Numbered from the stretch's first letter, positions 26,370 through 41,286 are shown. The stretch: 64,000 nucleotides of DNA from Octopus sinensis (GCF_006345805.1 NC_043015.1:37262001-37326000), one strand, 5' to 3'. Numbers and translations: made by a program. Notes: generated by a model not told the origin, from the letters alone.

Positions 26370-28350
26370 TCTAGGTACAAAGGTACAAAAGCCAGAGTGG
26401 AAACAGACTCAAGTTGAATTGGCTCCATAAAAACCTTGGATGTGCAAATGCAATAACAGAAGGAAGAGAAGTCGGGCAAGATACAGGGATGGTTTCTGCC
26501 GTTCGTTGTGTAGGAGACACAGTGAATAAGATAACAGATAAAAAAGATAAAATAAACACTAAGAAAAGCTGAGTATCTGAAGAACCGTCAAAAAGAAATT
26601 TTACCAAACACTGATCTACGCGAATAAACATCAAGAGAAGTAATTGACATGCTGAATCAATAAGGAGTTGTTTGAGAAATAGGGCCAACATAAAAGGAAG
26701 CGGACTTGTTGCAGACGTTTATAAGCGAACTACAAAATAAATCTAGAAAAGGAATATTTTACCAAAAAGAAATCCTACAGATACTGAATACGAAATTTGA
26801 AAAAAAGCAGGAAAGGCATAGTATTCAGTGGGGTTCCGGATGGAAATTGTTACAAGCTGTATACAAGCGTTTCTTACTCATCGTATAGAAAATGGAACAC
26901 CAACATGGATGGCAAAAGGGAACAAATTGCTGATATAGAATGACAAAGGAATGTCAGGGGAAGTCAGTAATTACAGGCCTGTTACATGATTGATTGATTG
27001 ATTCTAGTTTCAGCTTATGAGCTGTGGCCATGCTGGGGCACATGCTTATTATTTCTCTGGAAATTATCAATTTTTAAATTATCAAATCATTCAATACACT
27101 TTATCTTCCTAATAGTAGATGGATTGTATAGATTAATAGAGGAGAATCTATTAGCTAAGAAGAAAAACATAGATGTAGAAAGAAGCTGTTTCCCCAAACT
27201 GATCTGTTGCACATTGTTAGTAAGATATTAAGTGAGGGACGAATAAGAAAACTTAGCTGTTGGCCGGGTAGATTAAAAGAAAGCCTCTGATGAATCTCCT
27301 TCCTCTTGTCTTTTGGAGGACCTGATAACATTCGGGCTCGATGACAAGATTAACAAGTTTTATTTAGAAATGATCACAGGAAATGAAATTACCGATATGC
27401 AATGAGTGTTACAGGAGGATAGATTCAGGGAAAGAGACGAGCGAGAGCAAGTGACAAAAGATACTTGAAACGAAGCTAGATGACCAGAAATACATTCATG
27501 CAATGGATACAATGACCATGCCTGAGTTTAGATATTCTGAACATATTTTGAAGTAGGGCAAATAAACTAAGTAAACGAAGGAGGAAGTTCCTCACATTAA
27601 ATAACGCAAACCACTCTACAAGTGACATCCACAAGTGCCACTCACTTTGAAGAAGGGAAGAGTTTATTAAAATGTGGAGACACCATCAGGACTGCGAGTT
27701 CGGGTTTGGAAAATTATGTTGTGAACAGTGAAGAATGAATAGGATGGGCGACTGGAAATTGAGAAGTTATAGAGAAATAATAAGAGAATTCAAGAGCACA
27801 AGGAAGATGGCCAGGAAAAGAGTAAGGATCATTTCATATCAGAAACCGAGAACGTTGGAAAGGAAGAGCAAAGATTGAAGGAAATGTAAAATGAGTGTTT
27901 CGCTGATTATAGCCGCTCAGGGACATGCCTTTAAAAGCCAGTTTTAGAGATTAAACCCAAAATGTGCGAAAAAAGGATACGAAAGTCTAAAGCATCCTGT
28001 GAAAGAAAGTATGAAGCTAACACAAAAATGGAATATTGCTAAAGGGACTGACCTTTCAAGGAAGGAAACCAAATGTTAATACAACGGTCCAATGAATTTG
28101 CGAGTTCATATGATAATGAATAGTTGTCAAGGAAACACTGAGAAACTTCACATAACATTACTTAAACAGAGAGACGAAGGGTCTGCGGAAAAGAAAGGCA
28201 AAAGTTATCTCTGTGACATGAGGGGCTCTCAGCACAACACACCAACTCTTACCTAAATTTTACAGCGAAGGAGAAAGAGAAGTGATCTGCTCCAGTGAAT
28301 TTGAAAGAAAATATCTCACTTTGGCAATGCAGTTGAGACAATCGAAACTA
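26370..28350 (+). mobile_element. Old, heavily degraded R4/NeSL-like LINE
   Basis: Residual motifs TPTWMAKG, NYRPVT, LAVGRVD*KKASD and GALSTT; many stops and indels. It may extend upstream to about 25400. Confidence 0.65.
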
Positions 28351-30138
28351 CTCTAAGTAGAACAGTTCTCGTCCCATTTTAAGCCAAGGAAATTTTGGAT
28401 CTGTTGAGTTCTATAAATTCAAACAGTTAAACTTTCCACTTTATCATGCAACCATTCGCGCAATATGTACGCCATATTTAATTTTCACCTCTTACTCAAT
28501 CTCTATCATTTTCCCTCACTAAATTTATTATAACTTCCCTCATACATACATAAATAGTAACCGGTCTTTTTTTGTAATATCTCCTTCCACTTCCTGCCCC
28601 GTGGCAAATATAAGAAAGTAGCATCTTCCCGTGTAAGTCATGGCAGGTTCGAAAATCTGAAAACGAAGTGTCAGAAGAAATATCATAATGTTCCAAGCCG
28701 ATAAGATAGTAACATTTCATCTTCCTGGGTTTAGTAATTTTATTGATACCGAAGTGATGAAGGGCAAAGAAGACATGAGTGGAATTTGAACGCAGAGTGT
28801 GGGACGTCGGCACGAATACGGTGGAGGCACTCTCTTCGACGCTCAAACAAACTCGCCACTAACATTTGGAAAACGTCATTTCAAATATCTTACAATCTCC
28901 TCACAAACACAATATCATCAAATCTGTAATATTCTCTCGGTGAACACTTCATCATGGATAGACTAGTCTGGCTTAATCCTCACTTGCACTAAAATAAATA
29001 AAAAAAACGTCTGGTATGACTAAAGTCGGAGAAACTCTAACAGCTGTCAATGTAAATCATGAGTGCACAGATGACCTCATATTTATAGTAATCTCGTAAG
29101 AGCAGTCTAAACTCTCGTCATGTCTCTTTGTCAGAGAAAACAGACATAGAACGAAAAAAAAATAATGTTACTTTGGCAGACGCCAAAAATCAATAAAGAG
29201 AGAAGTTGTTGTTCGGGTGAAATTATTAACGAGTTATGAACTGTTTATCATGAAGTTGTGAGAGAAACGAAACGAAAAGGAATAAAAAAAAAATAAAATA
29301 ATCGGTCATACAGTCAGCTTTAGCACATTGGCCAGTTTTAGAAAACAAAATAAGTCTTTGATATCTTTTATCTGCACAGATGCAGCGACGAAGCAGCTGA
29401 TATCATAGACGTGTAGGCAGAGGTTAGCAATGATCAACCACATTTATGTCCGAAGGCAGTCTACCGTAGACTTTTCCCTAACTCATACTGGAATAATATA
29501 TCACTAAACACGTCATTTAATATATTATTTGTTTCTTCTAAGACGGTAGGAGGCAATTTAACTGAGATACAAATACCAAATCTTCGGTCATATGATAATG
29601 TTGTGTGATTCTAGTAAGGAAAATTTCTCTGGGAAGAGGTGTTCATATTCATATTTCTGCAAACAAATGGTCCAAATGGTATATTACAAAATCGTAAACC
29701 CAAGTATCTGATAGTCAACAATTTATAACACAATGAAAACGTGTGTGCATTTTCTGCTGACCTTCTCAAAATGGTACTTGTAACTCACACAAGAAATAAT
29801 GTTTTGGATAACAGAATGAAAGATTCAGTACAGTTGCAAACATAGCGTTATTATATTTTGCATTTTATATTCTATAAGGTTATATGAATGCTAGATATCG
29901 TGCATTTATCAACAAAGGGTTAATACTACAGCTCAAAATTTATAATATATATTCTCATGTATTGCTATCAGTTTTCCTATGTGTGTCACCAAACATGACA
30001 TTGCCTTCTTGATACGTATATCACCGTGAACACCGTGACCGACCAGGCTGTCAGATGTTGCTACACATCGCTGATCACAATGCGCTTTGCATTGTTGTAG
30101 CCTTCAAAAGACGCCACCCCACTGGCTAAGCGAGCAGG

Positions 30139-30196
<58 letters not shown>

Positions 30197-30238
30197 ATAT
30201 ACGTACATACACAGATACATATCTAACTATTTATATAC

Positions 30239-30323
<85 letters not shown>

Positions 30324-30679
30324 GTATATATAGGTATTGTGCATGTATGTATATATCTATATCTACCTACATAGCTGCCTATTTGTCGATCTATAAATTT
30401 GTGTATGTTTGTGGCTGTGTTTAGATAAATCGAAAATAAGATACAGAAAAAAGCAATACAATTCATTAAAGATGTCCACAGTGTTTGACGCTGAGTGAAA
30501 ATTTGGGAAAAGTATGAGTGGAAATGTCGTTCCGGGCGTGGCTGTTCGTATGAAGGAGGAAAGTGTTTAGGAACGAAATAAAAAAAAAACCAAAGAGCAT
30601 ATAGTCCGGAGAAAACATGTGTGTCCGTCGTACATATATATATTTATACATGTATGCCTGCTCGCACACGCGTGTGTGT

Positions 30680-30727
<48 letters not shown>

Positions 30728-31297
30728 GTGTATGTGTGTTGCTTTTAGTGTCCCTGTTATTATCTGTGTAATATGCGTGCTGATATGTGTGCATATTTGT
30801 TTATGTGCACGTGATATCTTACCTAGCTGCACGTGAATGAATAACTAATTTGAACTGCAATTATCCACTTCATAAAAATGTGGTATTTGATGACATGAGC
30901 AGAACCTTCTCTGCAAACAGTCGGCATTTTCCTTAATTACAGTTCTATTTGCACATAACACCAACAAAAATATCGTCAACAACAACTGACTCGGTTATGA
31001 TTATTATCATTTTTTAAAATTCTTATTAAAAGTCATTTAACAATATATATTGGCGGCCATAATCTATAGCGAAAGAATAACAATACGAAAGAAAATAAAT
31101 CAAAATGTTAAAGGAATGATATGATAGATAATTAGAGACGGAACATGGAGTTATTAGCTTCGGATGGAATAAAGTGACTTCAACTTTTAATCGATGTTTG
31201 GCAGGAGAAATATTTCTTAATTAGAAACCAAGAAAGGGAGGTGTAGGTATGGCTGATACATCAAGTCTTTGTGTGTGCGTGTGTGTGTGTTTGAGTG

Positions 31298-31329
<32 letters not shown>

Positions 31330-32126
31330 CGTGTGTTTGTGTGTGTATGTTTGTGTGTGTGTTTGTGTGTGTGTGTCTGTGTGTGTGTGTTTGTGAGGGT
31401 GTGTATTCTTGTGTTTGTATGTGTGTGTGTTTGTGTGTGTGGCAACAGATATAGTAGATATAAACCATATACGCTATTGCATTAATATATATATGTGTGT
31501 GTGAGTATGTGCATGTGTGTTTCCGTGTGTGTGTGTACGTATGTGTGTACAGACATAATATAAAGCGCTGGCAGAATTGGTAGCTTGCTGGGTAAGATGC
31601 ATCACTGAATTTCGTTTGGCTATAATGTTCGGAGTTCAAATTCTGCGATGGTTAACTTAACGTTCCAGGGTCAAAGGAAGAAGTAGCAGTTGCGCATGTG
31701 TTACGCTTGCGTATGTGCATGAGCGCGCGTGTGTATGTGTGTGTATGAGTGTGTTTGTGTGTGCGTTTGAATGTGAGCATATAAAATAACCTTGGTTTGA
31801 GCATATGTATATGTCTTTAATTCAACAGCGGCTGACGATGTAATCAGGCGACATAAGCTGTAGGTGCCGCTGGACCACTGCTAATTCAGGATACGTTTTA
31901 TTTTGCTTTCGATAATTTTGCAATCTCTTCATGTTGTCTCCTTCGTATGGATATCAAGTCGTAGCACCGGCTACCTCTTCAAATGTTGTGTCTCCTCATT
32001 AGTGACTAAATATATTACTTACTTAATTAAAATCGTACTACATGCGATTTTATGTTCTAGGCATCTTTGAGTTGTGTGGTTGTGTTCATAAATAAACACG
32101 CACACACACACACACACACACACCAC

Positions 32127-32157
<31 letters not shown>

Positions 32158-32399
32158 CGTATGTATATATGGGTGCGTGCTTGTGCGTGTGTTTATAAGT
32201 TTCAATGTATTATCAAATATACAGTTTTAATTAAAATCTGACATTGAATCTAAGAATTCAGTCACGTGCACAAAAAAAATTTTTATTCACACTCAACATT
32301 CACTTTCTCATGTATACACATCTGAACACAAACACTCACACAACACATATATCAAATTACAGACACAAACAAAACAATATATATATATTTGATATACCT

Positions 32400-32430
<31 letters not shown>

Positions 32431-32568
32431 TTATATATATATATATATACACATACATAAATATATATATATACGTATATATATGTATGTGTATATATAT
32501 ATGTGTGTATGTATATACGTGTATATATATACATATATATATACACACAGACACACACATATATATAT

Positions 32569-32617
<49 letters not shown>

Positions 32618-33437
32618 CACATATATATATATATATATACATATATACATACATATATATATACACATGTATATATTTACGCTAGTGTTTGTATGTAGGT
32701 ATATGTGTCTGTATCTTTCTGTGTATTCTATTTAGTTCAGAATATGTTATGGATGGCAGTACGTGAATAAAACTCTAGATTTGAATGTTTGTATTTACTC
32801 TAAAAAAAAAAATAAAGATAAAATAATATAAACGTGATATTTGATGACATCAGCCAAACCTTTTCCACACACAATGTCGACATTTTCTATAATTACTGTT
32901 CTGTTTGTAAACAACAATCACAAAACAACACCAAAAAAATAAAACAACTGTCTCTATAATTATTATTATTATTATTATTATTATTATCATTATCATTCTG
33001 CTTATTATTGATGTTGCTGTTGTTTTGAATGTTGCCTCAGTTGTTTTTGTTGTTGTTGCTACAGTTGTTGTTGTTGGCGTTCTTCTTATTTTATTAAAAG
33101 TCATTTAGCTATTCATTTTGGACACAATTTATACCGATACAATTTCAACGACGTAAATATAAAGTAAAACGAGGAATATAAACATAATAACGATACAAAT
33201 GATATAATTATAATTAGAGTATAAAGTCGAAACTTATTAGTTTTGGATGGAATAAAGTGACTCCAACTTATAATCGATATTTGGCATTTGAAATATTCCA
33301 TAATTAGAAATCGACATATCACACAATAGGAATTATAGATGCCTACGTGACAGCTCCCGTGTGAAACTGACGCAGCAGATACTATGACTACCGTACATTT
33401 ACAAGGCTTCGTGTAAATGTATTGCATGGCCACACAC

Positions 33438-33474
<37 letters not shown>

Positions 33475-33553
33475 TCACCTATACATATATATGTATATGT
33501 TTGTATATATATATATATATATTCACCTATACATATATATGTATATGTATATG

Positions 33554-33605
<52 letters not shown>

Positions 33606-34160
33606 GTGGATATATTAGTGTATGTGTTTATATATACACATATATGTATGTATATGTGTGTGTCTATGCGTGTGTGTTTTGTACACACACTCATACACAC
33701 ACACAAACATATAGATGCATACAGAGTGTGAGTGAGTGAGAGAAAGCGAGATTGAAAGGAGTAAAGAAACAGGCAAATATATAGATTTAAATGGAGGTGT
33801 GCTTTTGTATTTGTCTATATGCGAGAATGCGGAAATAACGTGTCGTAGTTTTAGTGCACTCGTGTATGTATGTGTTTGTATGTGTGTGTTTGTATGTGTG
33901 TGTGCGTGTGTAAATATATTTCTGATATATTGGCAAAAGTTTGAATGTATTGAACAAAGTACAATAAATGTCTAAAAGTCTGAGATAATTGTCGTTATTA
34001 TTAAGATTACAATATTTCCGAAACATTAAACTCATCTGTTATAAAATATTTTTAAACGTTGCATTATTATTTATATCTTCAGTAAGCTTCGATCAGTTTC
34101 ATCTCTGATTGGTATCAGGTGTTTTATTAGAATACATACGTACATACATACATACATACA

Positions 34161-34193
<33 letters not shown>

Positions 34194-34197
34194 GTGC

Positions 34198-34235
<38 letters not shown>

Positions 34236-34711
34236 CTCTTTATTTCTAGTTTATTTTTGACCGTCTACCTTCTAGCTGACAAGGTTGGTTGTAAAGAAGA
34301 GGAAATTGCCATCGTCTTTTGTGTAAATGTTCATTCTTTGCATAATGACATTTACAAATTTTAAGGGCTCCAGACATCGCGGCCATTTCTAGCTTATATA
34401 TGAAGAAAGCTAAGTTCTTTCCCAACAAATCCCCGTTCAGTTATACTTTGTAGGGGCCCCAAGCAATAAAATCAAGCTGGTCGTGTTCCAATTTGGTGGC
34501 AATCAGTATTTTTGGTGTTTCACCATTATGCCTTTGATTTATCATTCTCAACATACAATAACTAGTTTGTTTGCATTTTCGTATTCTGCGATGCAATCTG
34601 TTTTGTTGGAGCTAACACGCCATGTCTCCTGCGGAGACGGTGACGAGAAGATATTTCTTTCGCAGTTAACAACAGTGTGGCTAACATCGACAGTTAATGT
34701 TTGTACAGCCG

Positions 34712-34778
34712 ACATGTATTGTCAACTGATGACCTCCCCCTTTTGCTTGGAGCGAAATTTTAGTTCTTGAATCACATG
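34712..34778 (+). ncRNA. Decayed type I hammerhead ribozyme
   Basis: CTGATGA (34726-32), stem II CTCC/GGAG, GAAA (34754-57), UUC site, stem I TCAA/TTGA plus CATGT/ACATG; mismatches at 10.1/11.1 and 15.2/16.2. Confidence 0.55.
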
Positions 34779-34967
34779 GAGATATCTTTCAAAGTGTGAT
34801 GTTAGAAACTCCTCGGAACATTATGTCAGTCCTTTCGTATAATTCACCCTTTCTATGGCGACACATTCTACAGTCGACGCTTGGAAAGTGAGGTGTACAG
34901 TGTATAAAATATTCCTGTGCGCAGTATGTCTCCACATAAATCCCGAAAGTTGAAGTGCTTGGCTTGC

Positions 34968-35009
<42 letters not shown>

Positions 35010-36738
35010 TTATATTTATATATATATGTGTGTGTGCGTGTGTGTGTGTGTGTATACACACACACCAAGACATATATATGTATGTATACATGCACATATG
35101 GGTACAGGACATAAAACAAACGTGAACAAAATGAGAAACGACAACATAAAAATCAAAAACATGGAAAACAAACTTTTTTCGAACAACGAAAGAAAGAAAT
35201 AAAGAAACGAAACCTCTCCCCTTCACTGTTCCCACTCTTCCTCCTTGACTCTCTCGTTGCCCACACATCTTTCTTCCACTCCCTTCCTAAAGACAAGACG
35301 TGCTTTGCCTGTCACTTCTCCAAGCTCGTTTCTCCAGCGCTCACCACTTCACCCCGTTATGGCTTAACAGCCCTTACCATTTGTACGTACATATATGTAT
35401 TTATATTTATATCCAATAATTTTTTGAGAATCTTCACGACTTTTGTTACGAGGTCTTGTATTTTAAGAGGAAGGAAAACTGTCTTTCTGATCATTTGCCT
35501 CTTGCTGTTACAGAAGCTTTGAATGAAGTTAGAATAGTTAAAGCAGAATGTCTTTCATGATTCCATAATTCTGTGATGAGAAATGCACTGGGATGAAATT
35601 AGATTAATAGCAGCACCAATAATTTTGCCAGCGTTAGGATTGGGGTGAAATTTCAGTGTTTGATTTTTAAAGAAAAGTTTGTTTGTTTTATTTTTTTACC
35701 AAACTAAAGAGAACCTAAAGTCTTCAGATGCTACAAGTTTCCTCATTCATTTCTGTAAATTCCTGAGACTAAAGTATATATTTACTCTAGATTATATATA
35801 CATGCATACGTGTGTACATATATATATATATATATGGGAGTGCATGTGTGGTAGGTTGTGTGGGTGTGTATGTGAGTGCGTGTGTGTGCGCGTATGTGCA
35901 TGTGTGTGTGTTCGAGAGTTTGAACATATACTTGATTATTCGCAAACAACTTGCAGATACGAATGCTACCAGTTAAAAGCTCCGCGTACCGGACATTAGA
36001 AGGCATTTAGCCTCAGGAGAGAAAACGCAGTGAGGATATGTATGTAAGTGTGTGCGATTCTATATGAATGAATGTGTAAATGTGTGTGCGTTAGTGTATG
36101 TGTGTCGATGAATGGAAGACTTTGATTGCAGGCATGTCGGATAAGAGTTGGCCTGAGGCTTCAGAAGAAAGAACAACAACAACAAAAAACAATGAATACA
36201 GAAATTACAACAACAACAACAAGAGTCACAGTCGATAGAGTGAACCTGTCCTTTTCCTTCCACATTTATTACATTCCGTATTTTCATGTCATTCATGTTT
36301 TCTTAATAAAATCGAATGAGAATTGTTTATTCAATTGGTCGGATGAGGTCACACAACGTCTGCAGAAAATGTCTTAATTGCACTGACAGCCTAAACAAAA
36401 TAATTCACGTTCGCCGTGCCAAATGGAAATGATGATGAAAATAAATTATCAAGTTTTCATTATTATTATTATTATTATTATATTATTATTATTATTATTA
36501 TTATTATATTATTATTATTATTATTTATTATTATCGTCGTCGTCATCATCATCATCATCATTAAAATCATTATTGCTATTATTATTATTTTTGTTTATTA
36601 CGTTTTGTTTTTATTTAAGACTGAAAAACATCAAACTGAAATAAATTGTAATTTGTGTTTGTATGTTATCCATTATTGATTATTATTATTGTTGTATATT
36701 AACATAGTTATTATTACTTTTCTTATAATCATCATTAG

Positions 36739-36790
<52 letters not shown>

Positions 36791-37773
36791 ACTATTATTA
36801 TTATTATTATTATTATCATTATTATTATTATCATTATTATTAGAAGTAATAGTAGTAGTAGGAATAATAGAAGTAGTATTACTGTTATTATTATTATCAT
36901 CATCAATAATATTACTAGTAGTTGTAGTCGTAGCAACTACTACAACAAATACTACTGGGTATAGTTATGTAGAGCAAGACCATAAATATTAAAGTTTTTA
37001 TTAGTATTATTAATTAGCCTTGAAGCTGGAGGCAATAAAAGAATCAAAGCTGTCTTGCTGCAAGGCAACAAGACACCACCAGCAACGTAGAAGGAGGAAC
37101 TTAAAAACAAATAGAGAAACATTTGTGCCTATTACATTACGCGGCAACTGTATTTCAACTTTTCGATATCTTTCTCTTACACTTGTTACTTCAATCCGTT
37201 TGCCTTCTTGTAAAAACAGAAAAGATGTTGAAAACTTGTTCATAATATAACACCAGATACGCTCAAGGAATTTGACGTTTGAGTATATGTGAATTTGGGA
37301 GGAAACGAAAAGGGAAAAGAGAAAAGAAAATGAATATAACAAATATAGAGAAATATAAGCTACAGGCAGCGTTATCTTCAATCACGCAGAGATTCAATGA
37401 AAAGCTGGTCGTGGATGGATTCTACACATACACACACAGAGATACTCACTTAGTGACGCGCCTATACTTACGCAAGAACGTAAAGCGCATGTATGTCAGT
37501 GCACGCAAATATACTCATAAGCAAATACATGTGTGTATAAAAATACATATATGCGTTTGTATAAAATAAACAAATGTGTGTGTTTATAGAGACATATATA
37601 TACAACTTGATTGACAAATACATAAACATAAATATATATGTATATAGATTTACATATATATGTGCATACATATTTATATAGATATGTGTGTGTACATACA
37701 TGCACACATAGACATAACACATCCACACGTACTCACACAAACATATATATATATGTGTGTGTGTGTGTCTGTG

Positions 37774-37808
<35 letters not shown>

Positions 37809-37833
37809 ATATATATGTGTGCGTGTGTGTATG

Positions 37834-37874
<41 letters not shown>

Positions 37875-37938
37875 ATATGTATATATCGATGTATAGATGA
37901 GCATGTAATATTCCGCGCGCGATTGCTACGAGACTTAC

Positions 37939-37997
37939 CTAAAGGCCTACAGATTCGTGATAAGCACTCATCATCCACCTGGTTATGATATCCTGTG
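37939..37997 (-). CDS. Candidate 59-nt (or 54-nt) internal exon, peptide TGYHNQVDDECLSRICRPL(G)
   Basis: Polypyrimidine tract TTCTCTTTTCTGTGCCTTGTAAACAG|CACAG (two possible acceptors), consensus donor AG|GTAAGT, single open frame, unique sequence. Confidence 0.45.
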
Positions 37998-38469
37998 CTG
38001 TTTACAAGGCACAGAAAAGAGAAAATTTTATATTCCTTTTCATATTCACTAAAAGTAACATGAAAATTTTAAAACAAACTAATAAAATTTAAACACAAAA
38101 TCATATATATATATATATATACATATATATACGTGTGAGTGTGTGTGTATGTATTCGTTAGTATTAGAAAAAATATATATATAAATTTGTATACATGTAC
38201 TTTTTGAAAATTAATTCACGTTCTTTTCTTTTGTTACCGTTGATGAATAAGCAAAAACTGCTGACGGTTTTTTCTGTTTTTTTGCTTGGGAAGGAACATG
38301 GATAATCCAGCAACAATTTTGAATTTCTGCTTACTTTTCATTTACTGTTTTCAACATAAACCACACAAACGTACTTTCAAAATATTTGTTCATTTCCATA
38401 AACAAAGTCAATCTGTATTTATATTGCACACAAGAAAAAGAACTATGACGACGATGATGATGACGAAGA

Positions 38470-38492
38470 AGACGATGGTGATAATAATAATA

Positions 38493-38523
<31 letters not shown>

Positions 38524-38552
38524 TAATAATAATAATAATGATGATGATAATA

Positions 38553-38590
<38 letters not shown>

Positions 38591-38703
38591 TAATAATAAT
38601 AATTAATAATAATAATAATAATATAATAATGATGATGATAATAATAATAATAATAATATAATATAATAATAATAATATTAATAATAATAATAATAATAAT
38701 ATA

Positions 38704-38767
<64 letters not shown>
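38470..38767. repeat. About 300-bp (TAA)n array immediately 5' of the young LINE
   Basis: Direct inspection. Confidence 0.95.
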
Positions 38768-41022
38768 TGGAAATCCCCCGGTAAAGATAGGGTGCCGAAT
38801 TTCTGGCTCGCATCGCTCCCATGCGCACACGGTAAGCTAGTTCAGCTGCTCAATGGAATTATGAGAGACCTAAAGAAAACACCTGAATGGTTAGCAAGTG
38901 GCATTACTTACCTACTCCCAAAGAATAACGAAACCAACCTTCCAAAAAACTATCGGCCTATAACCTGTCTATCCACCACGTATAAAATCCTAACATCTAT
39001 CCTGGCGGAGAAAACATATGCATTCATGGAGAAGAACGATATTTTCCCCATTGAACAAAAAGGGTGCCGCCGAGGCTCTTACGGATGCAAAGATCAACTG
39101 CTAATCAATCGTATGATCCTTGAGAACTGTCACAACAAGCGCAGAAATCTCAGCACCGCATGGATTGACTATAAAAAGGCCTTCGACAGTATACCGCATC
39201 CATGGATCTTGAGATCGCTGGACATCTTCAAAATTTCCCCTGTGATTTCAAACTTCCTGAAGCACAATATGTCGTTGTGGAATACGAATCTCCAATTATA
39301 CCACTCTAATGGAGTACTTGCCTCAGAAAATATAAACATCAACTGTGGAATTTTTCAAGGTGACTCACTTTCACCTTTAATATTCTGCATAGCCCTAATA
39401 CCCCTTACAAGTGAATTAAACAGAACAGCGTATGGGTATAAAATTGCCAATAAAAAAATAAGCCATCTATTTTATATGGATGACTTAAATCTATATGGTA
39501 GACAATAATGAACTTGAAGGCCTATTGCGCACCGTGAAAGCATTCAGCGATGACATCGGGATGGAGTTTGGACTTGAGAAGTGTGCCAAGGCCACTTTCC
39601 AGAAAGGGAAAGTGAAAACCACAAATTCAGTCGTGTTAGACGTTGACACAGTCATAAGAGAGCTTGAGCAAGAACAAACATACAAATATTTAGGGATAAA
39701 TGAAGGCTCTGGTATTCAGCATGCAAGCATGAAAGAGAAAATCAGGAAGGAATGTTATAGGAGAGTTCGTGCAGTCCTGAAATCTGAACTAAATGCACGT
39801 AACAAGGTGTTAGCTATAAATTCCTTAGCAGTTCCAGTTGTTATTTATAGCTACAATGTGTTGAACTGGAATATGAGTGAAGTAAAGAATATAGATAGAA
39901 AAATACGCAAGCTGCTGAGTTGTAATAGGATGCACCACCCAAAGGCAGACGTAGATCGCCTTTACCTTCCCAGAGCCCAAGGAGGTTGAGGCCTGATCCA
40001 ATTTGAACTAGCTTACAAAACAACCACAATTGGACTGGCCAAATATCTCGAAATATCGAATGACGGGATGCTAAATCTCGTGGAAAATCACGAGAGACGA
40101 AAGAAGCTTCATTCTATCATAAAGGAAAGCAAACAATTTGCTATTGATCTCGTGCAGGATACCCAAACAGAACACCCCGAGGGAAGTACGGCAATTATTG
40201 TTGCAAAGAAGGTGAAAATAATGGCAACGAAAAAAGCGCACGAGCAATTGGCTGATAGGTGGGAGGAGAAACCTCTGCACGGCAAATATGTGACCCGCAG
40301 CAACAAGCTGATGTTGACCAGAAGCAAACCCATCAGTGGCTACGGAGCTCAGGGCTAAAAGCAGAGTGCGAAGGTTTCATCCTGGCTGCTCAAGATCAAA
40401 GCCTATTAACCCGGAACTACCAGGCCATGTGATGAAAAATGGAGCAGACCCAAAATGCCGATTCTGCAACGACATGATTGAAACAGTGGACCACCTAATC
40501 TCTGGATGTAAAGTCTTAGCTCCAGTGGAGTATAAATTAAGACATGACAGAGTTGGCCAATATCTACACTGGCTAATAAGTCGGCATTACAATATCAAAA
40601 CTGCCGACAAGTGGTATAATCACCACCCTGAGGCTGTAACTGAAGGAGAAAATGTAACCATTCTGTGGGACTTTCCAATACATACAAATCGAACCATCAA
40701 GGCCAATAAACCAGATATTGTTGTGAAAGACCAAAACAATAAAGTTTGCTTATTGATCGACATGAGCATCCCCTGTGATCATAATATCTCAGCGAAAGAG
40801 TTTGACAAGCTCAGAAAATATAAAGACCTACTCATTGAAATTGAGAAAATGTGGCATCTCAAGGCGATTACAATACCAGTCATCGTAGGAGCACTAGGAA
40901 TGATCAAGAAGGGAACCGAAAATTATATGAGAATGATCCCTGGCTTACCATCCCTGCAAGATGTGCAACAGATTGTCTTAACTGGTACATCACACGTATT
41001 GAGAAGAGCATTGTCGATGTGA
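38768..41022 (+). pseudogene. RT-REL ORF broken by a few frameshifts and a stop
   Basis: Contiguous ORF pieces 38792-39508, 39495-39989, 40068-40358 and 40336-41022; frameshift just after YMDDLNLYG and TGA in the GGRG motif. Confidence 0.93.
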
Positions 41023-41197
41023 GAACTGTTGCTGCTCATGTATTTTAATTTAACTTAAAAAAAAATGAAAAAAAATGAACGAACCATTGAGTTTGGTTTA
41101 ATGGCCTACCAATGTATACTATGAGTTTCTTTGCCCTAGGAGTCGGGAAGACACTCGGCAAGAAATGGAAGCAAATTTGAAAGAAGAAAAAAATAAG
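38768..41197 (+). mobile_element. Young 5'-truncated REL-endonuclease non-LTR retrotransposon (R4/Dong/NeSL-like)
   Basis: RT motifs NYRPITCL, AWIDYKKAFDS, GIFQGDSLSP and YMDDL; CCHC knuckle CRFCNDMIETVDHLISGC; REL motif KPDIVV...LLIDMSIP...KYKDL; 3' UTR ends in (TAA)n; TAA arrays on both sides. Confidence 0.95.
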
Positions 41198-41247
41198 TAA
41201 TAATAATAATAATAATAATAATAGTAATCATAATAATAATAATAATA

Positions 41248-41286
<39 letters not shown>

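Noticed and set aside
27285-27330. CTGATGA followed by a hairpin (possible hammerhead)
   Set aside because: No GAAA box follows; it lies in LINE coding remnant. The CTGATGA hits near 42567, 44570 and 54403 fail for the same kind of reason.
28255-28350. Apparent plus-strand exon EGEREVICSSEFERKYLTLAMQLRQSKLL
   Set aside because: It continues GALSTTHQLL and is best explained as the degenerate C-terminus of the old REL LINE.
37010-37381. 123-aa and 76-aa ORFs
   Set aside because: ITLRGNCISTFRYLSLTL looks like an eroded LINE RT segment; there is no coherent gene structure.
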